Below, in pieces: positions 33,618 through 51,200 of a stretch of 64,000 bases of DNA. The notes beneath the pieces were generated by a model. It saw only the letters and a program-made list of their open reading frames with translations, had not been told where the DNA came from and did no database searches. The stretch comes from Zootoca vivipara. Taxonomy: Eukaryota. The stretch's first letter is position 1; each line of letters opens with the position of its first letter. The position numbers were made by a program, and so were the translations under genes. Location of the stretch: the NCBI RefSeq assembly GCF_963506605.1, contig NC_083288.1, forward strand, positions 47,926,001 through 47,990,000, written 5' to 3'.

Positions 33618-36063
33618 AACCCTTTTATTCCAGGTTAATTTAAGTCCAAAATGATTCCGCAGCCAGTCACTAATGAAAAATTGGGCCAAAGGAAATTCAC
33701 CGTTTCACTGCTTTACAGCAATCCTGACAGGGTGAACAAAAGAATTAATAATGCATGTTAGCATATTTGTCACCCCAAATGCTATTGAATAAGCCCCCTG
33801 TGCCTTTTCTAATCACCCTCTTGTAGAAACAAAAGCATGATTAGATTGAGACGAGAGAAGGTATATTTGATTAAAAAATCCAACGCAGATGCATGCATTA
33901 TTCCTCTGCAAGCCTGATCATGTAGACACACATCCTGTGTGCCTAATTAGTATACTCACAGCCTCACCTCTCCACTTATTTTCCTATCCGCTCTTCTTGA
34001 AACACCATTTACCTCTACAGCATCACAGCCAAATCACATTACTTTACACGCCGTTAAATAACCCAGACTAACTGCCTTGTTATTAATGACCACTACTAAT
34101 TCCCATTAAAATTCTCACATCATCCACAATAAAATGAAGAAAGATATCCCCCCCCACATTCTTTAAAGCCCCATAGCAGTTAAAGGGTTTGGAGGGGTAA
34201 ACTGATCTATGATCTCTGAGTGTTACCCATTTTCCTGTTCACTTATCCATTCCCCAGCATTATATAGACCTCTTTCTCCCTCTCTTCGCTATATCCATGT
34301 ACAAAAACCTACAAAGCTACTCTGTTCCTGCATGTACATATATTTTCTGCCAAGCATATCCCTGCTCTCCTGCTTTCCCCCCTCCCACATTCTGCCACAT
34401 ACAAGCCTCTCTCTCCCTTGGCGTATATTTTCCATGGCAAGGCCAAACAAGGGATTGGGGTGCCTCCCTTTTCAATCCCTCCCCAGATCCTTTCCCCCCC
34501 ACCCCACCCCCCCAATTCCATCCCACACGTCCCTGGGAAAAGGATACTGGAAGGTCGTGCAGCTCTTTGTATTCGTGTGTGTGCAAAGGGGGAGGATGTG
34601 CACCCTGCTGCCAACCGCCACACCCCCATGCTCCCCCCTTCTGCCCTGATTGGCCAATCTCCTGTACGCACACAAACACACACCAAAGCTGCACACGCAT
34701 TCCTGAGCAGGGCCCCAGCAGGGGACACCTAGACTAGCTGGGCACTGCCAATTTCCCCCTTTCCTGGACATGTACAATCAGGCTGTTTTTTATTCCTCCA
34801 ATTTACACTTCCCTTTGATCCTTGCCACCCTTTACTTCTGCGTGCTATTTTGTTTCTCAAAGCCTTCCTCTCATGCTCCTGCTAGTCCCTCGTTTCTTCT
34901 TCTATGTTTCACTCTGAACTGTTTCTGTTTTTGCTCTCCCTTTGGCTCCTGTGTACACACGGCTTTCACCTCATTGCCTTCCTCCTTCTGTTCATCTTTC
35001 TTGCCGGCTCTTCCCTTCCTCAACCTTTGCAGCTGTAGTACCCCCCCCCCAATCCAGGAAACCCCTTGGCCCATGCCTCACTCATTTTGTAGTGTACTGT
35101 AACCCTAATTTTCTTCCTCTCCACCCTCTAAACACGCAGGGGGGGGCAGATTTGGAAAAGGAAAGGCCGTTTACCCAGGAAGGTTTATTTTGTTTTCAAC
35201 TCTCTACAAAACTACGCCTCCATCTTGGCTGCTTTGTTCATTCTATTCCTGCTGCCCTGCAGCTGGCAATAACCTTTTCTGTTCACATTAGGTTCTACGC
35301 ACTGCACACACATCGCTCGCGTCAATTGGGTGGGAACCAGAGAATGCAACAGTGCATAAAAGTATTTGGGATGGCTATGCTTGGCGAGGGGGCCAGCATG
35401 GGTTAATATTGGCATGCACTTCATCATCTACGACTGTCAACATTCAACAAGCATAGATTTGGGGTGGGTGAGGGGGTGGGATCCGTAGGAAAGGCAAGGG
35501 GCCGTTTTGATCAAATGTGTGTGAAGATGCAAGTGAAGCAACACAGGCTTATCATGGGGGAAAGGAGCAATTATTTAACAATCGTTTGACTTCCTCCCTC
35601 CCTTGGTATCGGCAGACACGTATGCTTCAGTGCCTGTGGGAACAGCCGACCTTCTGCTTTCTTGCCTAGGAACAATGAATTTCAAGAGACGTTTATCTCC
35701 CACCTCCTGTGCCCAATCACTAACGCCCACAGAGGCAGCCAGCATGTTTGCCCCTCCAAGGCATCCCTCCGTTGGCAGGAATCCAAAGCCAACAACACAC
35801 CTCTGACGGGACTGGAGTAGCCAAGATCTCCCTTGCCCACTCTCGTTTTTCAAGTGAAGACAAAAAACAGTTTGGACAGCAAAAGTTTAATTCTGAACAA
35901 GGAAAAAAAACGAAAACAAAACCCAAATACTACATGAAACATGGGTTACAAGCATGAGACATCTTCCCAGATGGCGGCATCTATGAGTCCCGCCCTTCCT
36001 CCAGCCAGCAACCCTTAAGAGACCCCAAATCAGCACCCTAGCTTTCTCCCAAAGTCCATCATC

Positions 36064-41394
<5,331 letters not shown>

Positions 41395-41401
<7 letters not shown>

Positions 41402-41660
41402 CTTGGATAAGGGCTAGTCACCGTGACTCAGGGCCTACAGCCTATATAGGCTCCGGGCGCCATGTTTGGTGTGGGCAGAGCTAGCGGGAGCCGCACGCAT
41501 ACAGTATAAGCAAGTGGCGGGCGCCATCTTGGTGCGGCCTCGTTCTCATTTCACGCCGCGTGTGAGAAGTTGGATTCGCCATTATTAGTGAGGGGCCAGC
41601 TCTGTTGCCTGAGGCTTGCTGGTGCGAATAAAAAGCCAGGCGCCATCTTGGGTGAGGGCA
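41395..41660 (-). promoter_or_regulatory. PSMB5 promoter with four GCGCCATSTT (YY1-type) sites, three extended by N6-GGGC (THAP1-type)
   Basis: Sites start at 41395, 41457, 41521 and 41640; TGACTCA at about 41424; TATATA at about 41443. Confidence 0.75.
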
Positions 41661-42187
41661 AGGCTAGGCCTGAGAGACTGGTTGCCCCGGCGAAAGCAAA
41701 TAGGCCTCCAGTCCCATGGAAAGGAAACGCGTCAGTCACCATCTTCATTTCCTGGGAGGGGGTGGTGGAAGGGATGTCGTTTGGGGATGGGAAAGGACGA
41801 GTGCTTTTATCCCTTTACATTCTGAGCAACCAGTGAAGTTAGGGGTTGGACTAGATGACCCACAGGACCCCTTCCAACTCTACAATTCTAGGATTCTAGG
41901 ACACGGATGAAGCAAAGCAAAGGAACGAGTTTTCCTTGTTCGGTGAAAGATGCACAAAGTGTTAGTTTCTTTTCCTGTGGAACTCACCGCCACATGGTGG
42001 CATGGAGGCCAACAACAAATACAGGGCTAAAACAAGTAAGCAAGATAGCCCCTCATTCGTGATTGGACAATAGCTGGCAGAATTCAAGTACAGTACCCTG
42101 AAGTGTCTGATCTTTGCAAATGTGAAAAATTGGGGTTAAAGACTCATGTTCAATTGTGCTGCTCTTCTTCTGAACTATTCTGTACTA

Positions 42188-42458
42188 AAGCTTGTTTTCT
42201 GATGCTCCAGAGAAGCAGACACAGAGCAATGGATTCAAGCTACAAGAAAGAAGATTCCACCTAAACATTAGGAAGAACTTCCTGACAGTAGGAGCTGTTC
42301 GACAGTGGAATTTGCTGCCAAGGAGTGTGGTGGAGTCTCCTTCTTTGGAGGTCTTTAAGCGGAGGCTTGACAGCCATCTGTCAGAAATGCTTTGATGGTG
42401 TTTCCTGCTTGACAGGGGGTTGGACTGGATGGCCCTTGTGGTCTCTTCCAACTATGAT
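42188..42458 (+). mobile_element. CR1 LINE 3' end
   Basis: NGFKLQERRFHLNIRKNFLTVGAVRQWNLLPRSVVESPSLEVFKRRLDSHL plus 3' UTR. Confidence 0.9.
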
Positions 42459-43214
42459 TATTATTAAATTTATTTTCAGCTTTTCACCATCTAGGTCCCA
42501 TAGCACCTTATAACAATAAAATGACAAAAACAAACAGAATGTAAAGCATAAATCTAACCTCATAAAATTTAAATAATAAAAATGAAAAATAAACCTAAAG
42601 CATCAGAAAATGTAAAACTTCAGAGACGCAGTCATGTTGCAAAGGCTTCTTGAAATAAAACAATTTTAACCAGGCACCTGAAACTCAGCAGGGATGGTGA
42701 CAGACTAATATCTAGTGCAGGAATAGCCTATGTGGTGCCTTCCCTGTGTTGCTGGACTACAACTTCAATCAATCCCAGCCAGCATGTCCAATGGTAAGAG
42801 GTAAAGGGAGTTATAGTCCCAACAACCAATGGGGAGAAGCACATTGGCTTAGCTACCTCTGTTCTAGTGGGAGGGAGTTCCATAGAGTTAGGTCCATAAT
42901 GCAGTACTGAAGTCACAACTCCTTGTTAACATGATGATCCCCCTGATGATCTCTAAAGTGATTGACTTAAGGTGTACAGGGTGGGTGAAGCAATCCTTAA
43001 GGTATCCTGGGCCTAAGTTGTTGGCACCCATCTTTCTCAAGAGATAATGGAATACGCCTCGTGCCTGGGGGGGGGGGGTGGTGAAGTCAAACTGCTGCAG
43101 TAGCAGCCCTGATGTGACTTCCCTAGGGCACAAGCCTGGCCAGTGTGTCTGGAGGTCCTTGGCTGCCCAGTCGACAAGACCCCCTCTCTCGGCTTCACTG
43201 ATGCAGTCGGTGAA

Positions 43215-44218
43215 TGACAGGGCGAGCTCCTGTTGCTTGGTCTCTGCTCCTGCCAACCTAGCAGTTCGAAAGCATGTCAAAGTGCAAGTAGATAAATAGG
43301 TACCGCTTCAGCGGGAAGGTAAACGGCGTTTCCGTGCGCTGCTCTGGTTCGCCAGAAGCGGCTTTGTCATGCTGGCCACGTAACACCGGTCCTGAAAGAC
43401 CTACATTGGCTCCCAGTACGTTTCCGAGCACAATTCAAAGTGTTGGTGCTGACCTTTAAAGCCCTAAACGGCCTCGGTCCAGTATACCTGAAGGAGCGTC
43501 TCCACCCCCATCGTTCTGCCCGGACACTGAGGTCCAGGGCCGAGGGCCTTCTGGCGGTTCCCTCACTACGAGAAGCCAAGCTACAGGGAACCAAGCAGAG
43601 GGCCTTCTTGGTAGTAGCACCCACCCTGTGGAATGCCCTCCCACTAGAGGTCAAAGAGAACAACAATTACCAGATCTTTAGAAGGCATCTCTAAATAAAT
43701 GGCCTCGGTCCAGTATACCTGAAGGAGCGTCTCCACCTCCATCATTCTGCCCGGACACTGAGGTCCAGCACCGAGGGCCTTCTGGCGGTTCCCTCGTTGC
43801 GAGAAGCCAAGTTGCAGGGAACTAGGCAGAGGGCCTTCTCGGTGGTGGCACCTCCCAACAGATGTCAAAGAGGAAAACAACTACCAGACTTTTAGAAGAC
43901 ATCTGAAGGCAGCCCTGTTCAGGGAGACTTTTAATGTTTAATAGATTACTGTGTTTTATTTTTCTGTTGGAAGCCGCCCAGAGTGGCTGGGGAAACCCAG
44001 CCAGATAGGCGGGGTATAAATAATAAATTATTACTATTACTATTAATATTAATATTAATATTAATATTACTATTAATATTAATATTAATATTATATCTCA
44101 AGGCAGACGTTTAGGGAAGCTTTTAATGTTTGATGGATTTCTGTATTTTAATATTTTGTTGGAAGCCGCCCAGAGTGGCTGGGGGAACCCGGCCAGTTGG
44201 GCGGGATATAAATAATAA

Positions 44219-44256
<38 letters not shown>

Positions 44257-44264
44257 AATAATAA

Positions 44265-44303
<39 letters not shown>

Positions 44304-44385
44304 TAAGTGACCCAGAAGCTGTCTGCGGACAAACACCGTCTCCCTCGGCCAGTAAAGCAAGATGAGCGCCACAACCCCAATCATC
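43215..44385 (+). mobile_element. Sauria SINE split by stacked L2 3' fragments (insert 43381-44306) with simple-repeat tails
   Basis: SINE consensus breaks at ctggccac| and resumes at |gtgacccagaagc; the insert encodes [33 protein letters not shown], partly twice. Confidence 0.85.
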
Positions 44386-47349
44386 TTTTACAATGACTTC
44401 GATAGGAAGCCTTTTAACACTGGTGTCATATGTTGACAGTACAGTGCCACGTCATCCTGCACTAGCAGAAGCTTTGGCTGGAGAGTTCAGGGAGCAGCCA
44501 GTATCCCCACATCTTTGGTATCAGCCTCTTCACCTTCTCCCTGGCACCATCGGGGTGGGGTGGGGGGGAAGCCACCAAGATGGAGCGTGTGCATTTACAC
44601 ACGGGCTTCCTAGAGATGGCACTGCTCTCCAGCGAGCCTGAGCGCCGTGCCATTGCACAGCACTTGAAGGATACTGATGCACGAAGACAGGAGTCCCTTC
44701 TACCATCCATCGTGCCCCAGCAGCTGCCTGACGTTAGCGGGGCAGCTGGCTAGGCCTTTTTGCTTCAGGTGGTGGAAAGGGAAAACTCCCAAGCCTGCAT
44801 CCGTGGTCCCTGGCAGCTGCCTGTTAAAGCCCAGAGGAATGCAAGAAGAGCCAGCCTCGTTCAGCACCCTCTTCTCACAGTGGCCAACCGGATGCCCAAA
44901 TGGGAAACCCGCAAGCGGGGCCTGCATACAACAGCTCTCTCTGCTCCTGTGGTTTCCAAAACAGCTGGTATTCAGAAGCATTGCTGCCTCCAGCCGTGGA
45001 GGCAGAACATAGCCATGAGGGCTAGTAGCCACCGACGACCCTCTCCCCCAGGAATTCGTCTAATCCTTTTAAAGCCACGTTGGTGGTCATAACCGATTCC
45101 TGTGGCAGCGGGTCCCATAGTTCTACTCTGCATTGCATGGAGAAGTTCTTCCTTTTACCTGTCCTGAACCTTCCATCATTCAGCTTCATGGAATGTCCAC
45201 GAGTCCTAGAGTTACGAGGGATAAAAACTGTTTTCCGTCCACGTTCTCCATGGCAGACATCATTTTATAAACTTAACTGTGACTTGAATTTACCAGACAC
45301 AAACACACACACACACCGTGCCAAGTTCGGAATGCATTCGCACGTACCTTTTCTGCAGCAGAGTTAAGTCCTCCGAATTGTACTCCTCCAGTTCCAGTGA
45401 TAAATGCTCTGCTTCCCATTCATGCAGCGTGAGCCCTAAACATCGTCTGAAAAGGAGCTTCTGCTTCCCATCAACATAGGCGTCTCCCACCACCCTACTC
45501 TTTTCTGCTGGAAATGCCTGTTTGCTTTGTACACCTTTAACGGCGCTGAAGCCAACTGTTTTGGCCTCGGAGGACAGGGGACGTCCTCCAAAAAAAAGCC
45601 AAACCGCCTGCACTCAGCACCAGTTTCTCTAAGACGTTTTGCATGCAGAGGGTGTCTGGTTTGGTCCCCAACGGCGTCTCCAGTTAGGGCTGCCCAAAAT
45701 CCTGCCGGCCAGTGCAGGCAATACTGAGTTAGGCAGACCAACTGTCTGAATTAGCACAAGGCAGCATCCTGCAGTTGCTATCCATAGCAGGATCATCCAG
45801 AGGTCTTGACTATCACTGAGCTAAGTGTGACCCCCCCCCCTTTCCCGGCAAAGGCCAAGGCACTTCTGGAGAGAAAGCGGAGAGAAGCCATTCGTGCAAG
45901 GCCTGGTGACAGAGTGCACAGGATCGCCCCATCACCATGTAACTGGATCACAACCTTTGAGGGTCTTCTTCACACACACACACACCCCTCCCATTCCATC
46001 CTGGCTCCCACATTCCCCCGCTCCCTTCCCCCAGCCCCCCCAAGCGCTAGGTGGATGCTGCTGGGGGACTCGGCATCACGTGCATTTGAGGGTGACAGAT
46101 GCTGACAGGGCAGCGTCTCTTTTAGGTCAGGGCGGGAGGGAAGGGAGAGGTAACCCTCTCGGTGCTGGGGACCAGTTCGGCTCAGGGTCCCACTCTCGCT
46201 AGGCCAAGGTGTCCGGGCTGCACAAAGGGCTACCAATACGAAGCTGAGTTGGTCGGTGCCTATTTTGTGCTGACGGGCCATCCTTGCCAATAACTGGAGG
46301 AGACGAGAAAACGAAGCAATGTTTATTATGAGCTAAATTGCAAGCAGCAAAAGCATATTTGATGTGTCTGGTTGTATAATTCCAGCTGCCAGTTTGCTCT
46401 CTCAGAGACTGACCTAAAGCAGCTTCCCAGGAGCCAAACACAAAAGCAGATTGCAGCCTCTGCCAAGAAAGAACCCCATCGCTTTTGCCTTTGACATGGC
46501 ACTGGGGACGCGGCAAGGGCGAAACCTGCTTTATTGGTCTGACTGGGCTTCTACTTGGCCCCCGTCCAAAACGCTTGGGGGAGCAACAATACCGTCACTC
46601 GATTGTGATGGCTCTGGATGTAGTGAGGTTTTTGAGGAACCTTGATGGCAAAGTAAATGGGAAGTTCTCCTTGTGCAGAAAGGAGATAGTCCCAGGCTCA
46701 AGTCCCCACATCTCCAGGTAGGCCTGGGAGAGACACCATGCCTGAAACCCAGTGTGTGATGGTTTGTCAGACTAGGCCGTGGGAGACCAGAATCCAACCC
46801 CCTGCTTGACCATGAAGCTCAGTGGGTTACCTTGGGCCAGCCACTTCCTGATTGCCTAATTACCTCCCAAGGCTGGCTCAATAAATGTTGCCGCTTGAGG
46901 CAGAACAGAACATGGCACACACCAACACACCGCCTGAAGCAACTGGACATGGCCTGGGGAACCTCTGCCATGCTGAGGGGGATGGGAGGGAAGGGAGGCT
47001 AGAGAGGAGCAGGTGGTGGCCCCTGCTCTTTGCAGGAGGCAGAGAACAGCACGCTCCTTGGGGGCCTGGATTTGCCGCCCCTCTCGGCTGTCCCCACCTG
47101 AGGCAAGTGCCTCACCCAAGCGAACGGGTCCTTGCAGGGATTGAATGTGGAGGGAGTGGGAGGTACCACACACACCACCTCGAGCTCCTTGGAGAAGATG
47201 GGTTGTCAATAAAATAAATAAAATACACCCAGTCAGCATAGGCTTATCCTGGGCTAGATGGAAAAATAGTCTGACTCGAGTCTAAGGCAGGTTCTTCGGT
47301 CTCTCTGGGGGCCCAAGAGACGGGAGAGGGAACAACTCACTAACTTCTG

Positions 47350-47695
47350 TCATCTATGCTCTAGTAACCTCTAGGTTGGATCACTGGAATGCATTACACG
47401 TAGGGCTGCCTCTGAAGACGGTTCGGAAACTTCAGCTGGTGCAAAATTAAGCGGCCAGGTTGCTCACCAGGGCAAGGTGGTTTGAGCGTATAATGCCAAA
47501 TCCTGGCCCAACTGCACTGGCTGCCAATTAGTTTCCAGGCCCAATTCAAAGTGTTGGTTTTGACGGATAAAATCTTAAATAAATTATTATTGTTGTTTAG
47601 GGAAGTTTTTAATTGGTGACATTTTATTGTATTTTAATCTTTGTTGGAAGCCGCCCAGAGTGGCTGGGGAGACCCAGCCGGAAGGGCAGGGTACA

Positions 47696-47743
<48 letters not shown>

Positions 47744-48165
47744 TAAATGGCTCAGGACCTCAATACCTCAAGGACCACCTCTTTCCATATGAACCTACCC
47801 GGGATCTGAGATCACCGTCTGAGGCCCTTCGTCATGTGCATTCTGCACAAGAGGTCCAGAGGGTGGCAGCACACGAAAGGGCCTTTCTGTGGTGGCTCCC
47901 CATTTGTGCGGTGCTCTCCCCAGGGAGGCTTACCTGGCACCTTTATTATACACCTTTAGGTGGCAGGCGAAAATGTTCCTCTTCAACCAGGCCTTGGGCT
48001 GATTAACATTCTATGTCCTTTTAAACGTCTTTGTGGAAGGTGGGGTTATGGGTTTGTTCTTGCCCTTGTTACATATTTTTGTGTTTTCATTTTGTATGCT
48101 TACCGTATGTTGTGAACTGCCCCAAGATCTTCGGAGGAAGGGCAGTATGCAAATTTAACAAATAA
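47350..48165 (+). mobile_element. Older L2 LINE 3' fragment with nested L2 tail and (AAT)n
   Basis: Degraded SRLDHWN...LHWLPI peptide; (AAT)n at about 47697-47742. Boundaries approximate. Confidence 0.75.
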
Positions 48166-48616
48166 ATGAAGAAGACGCACCACGGGGTGTGAATGAGACC
48201 CAGCTTTTCTTGCTGTATCATTCACCGCTCACTGTTTCAACCCCATTATGAAGTACTCACACACACACGCTACTTGGGCTGCAGTCCTAGACACAGGCTT
48301 GGGAGTGTGCCAAACAGAATACAATAGAATCCACTGCTCATAAACGAAGGATGCTTCTCCCAGTCCCACCTGCCTTTAGACTAAAATAAAAAAGGAAATT
48401 AGTCAGTGTCAAAAAACAGGCCGGAGCCTGTCACCTAGCAGAAGCTTCCTGAAGCTTTTCGTCACCCTCCTTTCCCCACCGTTAAACATGCAACTTTACC
48501 TGACCCATCTCACCTTGTCTCCAGCCCCTCCTCTATCTCTGATCCTTCCCGGAATCTAGCCCCCCTCCCTCCTTTTATAAGCTCTCTTCTCCCAGTGTTT
48601 CCAGAACCCCTCCCAA

Positions 48617-49381
48617 ATGGCTCTCCAGAACGTCTTGGGCATGGACCTCCCGCCGCAGGCCCCCAGCTGGCCCCTGCCACCCCCCGGCGGGAGAGTGGCG
48701 CCCCTGCCGTTTCCACTGTCCCACGGCACCACCACGCTGGCCTTCCGCTGCAGCCATGGGGTGGTGGTGGCAGCGGACACCCGCGCTTCGAGCGGGAGCC
48801 TCGTGTCTGACCCGTCCGCCCGCAAGGTCATGACCCTCCACCGCCACCTCCTGGCGACCACGTCTGGGACATCGGCCGACTGCGCCTCCTGGTTGCGCCT
48901 GCTGCGGTGCTCTCTGCGCCTGAGGCAGCTCCACGGCGGGCGCCAGGTCAGCGTGGCAGGGGCCGCCAAGCTGCTGGCTTTCCTCTTGCGGGGCTGCCGC
49001 CACAAGGACTTGTGCGTGGCCACCGTGCTGTGCGGATGGGACGATGGCGGGCCTGCTCTGCGCTACGTCTACAGCGATGGCACATGCCTCCAAGGAGACC
49101 TGTTCGCAGTGGGCTCCGGGTCTCCCTACGCCTACGGGGTGATGGACGGCTCATACCGCTTCGACCTACCACGCGACGAGGCTTTCATGCTGGCCCGGCA
49201 GGCTGTGGCTCACGCCGCCCACCGAGACGCCTACTCCGGGGGGAACGTGGACCTCTACCACGTGCGGCCAAGCGGCTGGGTGTGCGTCTCCCGGGAAGAT
49301 CTCGGCCAGGTCTATCGGGGCTTGGGGCCACTGGGCGAGGGCGAGGGCGACACTAAAGAAAGGCACCGTGGAATCGACTAG
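48617..49381 (+). CDS. PSMB11: Thymoproteasome subunit beta5t (PSMB11), intronless, 254 aa
   Basis: MALQNV start, HG|TTTLAFR, diagnostic [29 protein letters not shown]; head-to-head with PSMB5; TATAA at about 48576. Confidence 0.96.
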   Translation: MALQNVLGMDLPPQAPSWPLPPPGGRVAPLPFPLSHGTTTLAFRCSHGVVVAADTRASSGSLVSDPSARKVMTLHRHLLATTSGTSADCASWLRLLRCSLRLRQLHGGRQVSVAGAAKLLAFLLRGCRHKDLCVATVLCGWDDGGPALRYVYSDGTCLQGDLFAVGSGSPYAYGVMDGSYRFDLPRDEAFMLARQAVAHAAHRDAYSGGNVDLYHVRPSGWVCVSREDLGQVYRGLGPLGEGEGDTKERHRGID

Positions 49382-50089
49382 ATACCAGCCTAAAACGGGA
49401 CGGGTCTGTCGGTTTCAGCAAGAAGCAGCCATAACTCAGATAATATTCAGAAACCCTTCATTTCAGCAAAGCGGTGCAGAGAAAGCAAAGCACAGGTTGC
49501 AAAATAGAGAGGGGGAATCCCCCCTCCCGAGTGGACTAAATTGATTTAAAAAAACAAACAACCTGCAAAGACAGCAGCTTGGACCAGTGCAAACCCAACA
49601 TAGGGACAATCTCGTAGCAGCAAGATGCTTAGCGCAGAGAGAAACCAATCGCCTGTTTCCACAAACGGCAAATCAGAACCCCAAATAATTCACAAATATG
49701 GTGAAAAGCAATCAGCGTGGTTTATTAAAAAAGCAGCTTGATTTAGCATAGGGCCAATTATGGAGCAGATGGTAGCACAGCGTACATTAGATGCGGGGCG
49801 GCGGGGGGAGCCTTGGGCCAGTGTAAACCAGTATGGAACTGACTGCTGGTTCTGATGTATGGAACTGATCTGTGGAGGCCGAAATGACGCCCAGGATCCC
49901 TTTGGACCAGCCAGGATGGCGGCTAGCAACCCTCCTAGGCCTGGGCTCATGTTTGTGCAACTGTGTCGAAATAACCTGCGAGTATCCTTGGATGGACCAA
50001 ACATGTTCACCCTTCTGCCTTGGGAGGAAAAAACCAGACGCAGCCGGAACCAAGGGGGACTGAGCCTCGGCTGCTCCATTGTTTGAGAA

Positions 50090-51200
50090 AATAAATGGGG
50101 GGCGTCTGCTGGCCGGCGCCTTTCATCGCATCATCTCCTCCTCCATCCGCCGCGCTGCTGAACGTGTCCCGGCGACGGTGACAGATAGGCGCTGTTATCT
50201 CTGCCGTCTCGCCGCCGCCTCGTATCTTGCTGCCATCTCCCCGCTTCAATGTCCTTCTGCCCGGCCCGCCTCGCCGCCCGTCATCTCATTACACTCCCCC
50301 CGCAGCCCTCCACAGCATTGTCTGCCGACGCCGCCGGGAGAGCAGCCTCCTTCTTCCTTATCGCGCCTATCCATCTCCCCGGCGCGGCTGCTGCTGGAGA
50401 GAAAACAGCTCCGCGGAGGGAGGAGGACGGCGATCGAACCTTCGGCAGCAACGCGCCGCGGGCCGGATCGCGGCCCCTGGGTCCCTAAAGCGCCCCCTAG
50501 TGGTTGCCCTCCCCCCCAAAAAAACCAGCCGCCTAACCACAGCTCCTTGCATGCTAGGCCTGGCGCGCTTCCCGGCTGCGTTCTGGGGACGCCGCGCCAT
50601 TGTGCGCCCTTATCTTAATTGGCATCTCCCGGCCGCGGCTGCGATGCTGGTGGAAGGCCCGCTTCCGCGCCCCTCCCCGCTTCTCCGGCCTCGCCCTGTC
50701 GCTCCCGATCCGTCTGCCTCCTGCCGATGCCTCCACCTTCCCCTTCTCTTCTCCATCTGCCCCTTTCTCCTTCTATCCATCATCCGGCGCCCCACGTCCC
50801 CTCCTTCTCCGCGCTCCCCTTTTGCCTCCCGTTCCCCCCCCCCCCCCAGCGGCGCCTGCCCCCTTTTCTTCCTGGGCCCATGGCTCCATTCTTCTTCTTC
50901 TGCTGCCGCTGCCTCTTTCCATCTTCTCCAGCCCGCCCTCCGATTCTTTCCATCCCTTTTTCATTATTTCTGCCTTCCGTCTTTCCCCACTACCCCCATC
51001 CCTATCTTGCGTTGGCTCCTATTCCCCCCCCCGACCACTCCTCTCCTCCCCACGTGGCCCTCTGTGGGGTGGGGTGGGGGGTGCCCGGGCCTGTCCATCA
51101 GCGCTCTTGCGCCACGGGGTGTCAGTCCATTAGCAGGCGCCGCGGGGGAGGGGGCGCCAATTATCAGCACTTTAGCTGTTTCACGCCTGGGTGGAGGCTG
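50090..51200. promoter_or_regulatory. CpG island with a consensus CTCF site (50490-50503)
   Basis: High CpG density; GCGCCCCCTAGTGG is the reverse complement of CCACTAGGGGGCGC. Confidence 0.7.

Noticed and set aside
34209-35427. Cluster of 100-150 aa ORFs
   Set aside because: Overlapping on both strands in low-complexity pyrimidine-rich DNA, with no protein motif or consistent splice sites.
48617-49381. Intronless ORF as a processed PSMB5 pseudogene or PSMB8
   Set aside because: Intact frame, beta5t-specific TTSGTSADC motif and the conserved head-to-head position next to PSMB5 identify PSMB11.
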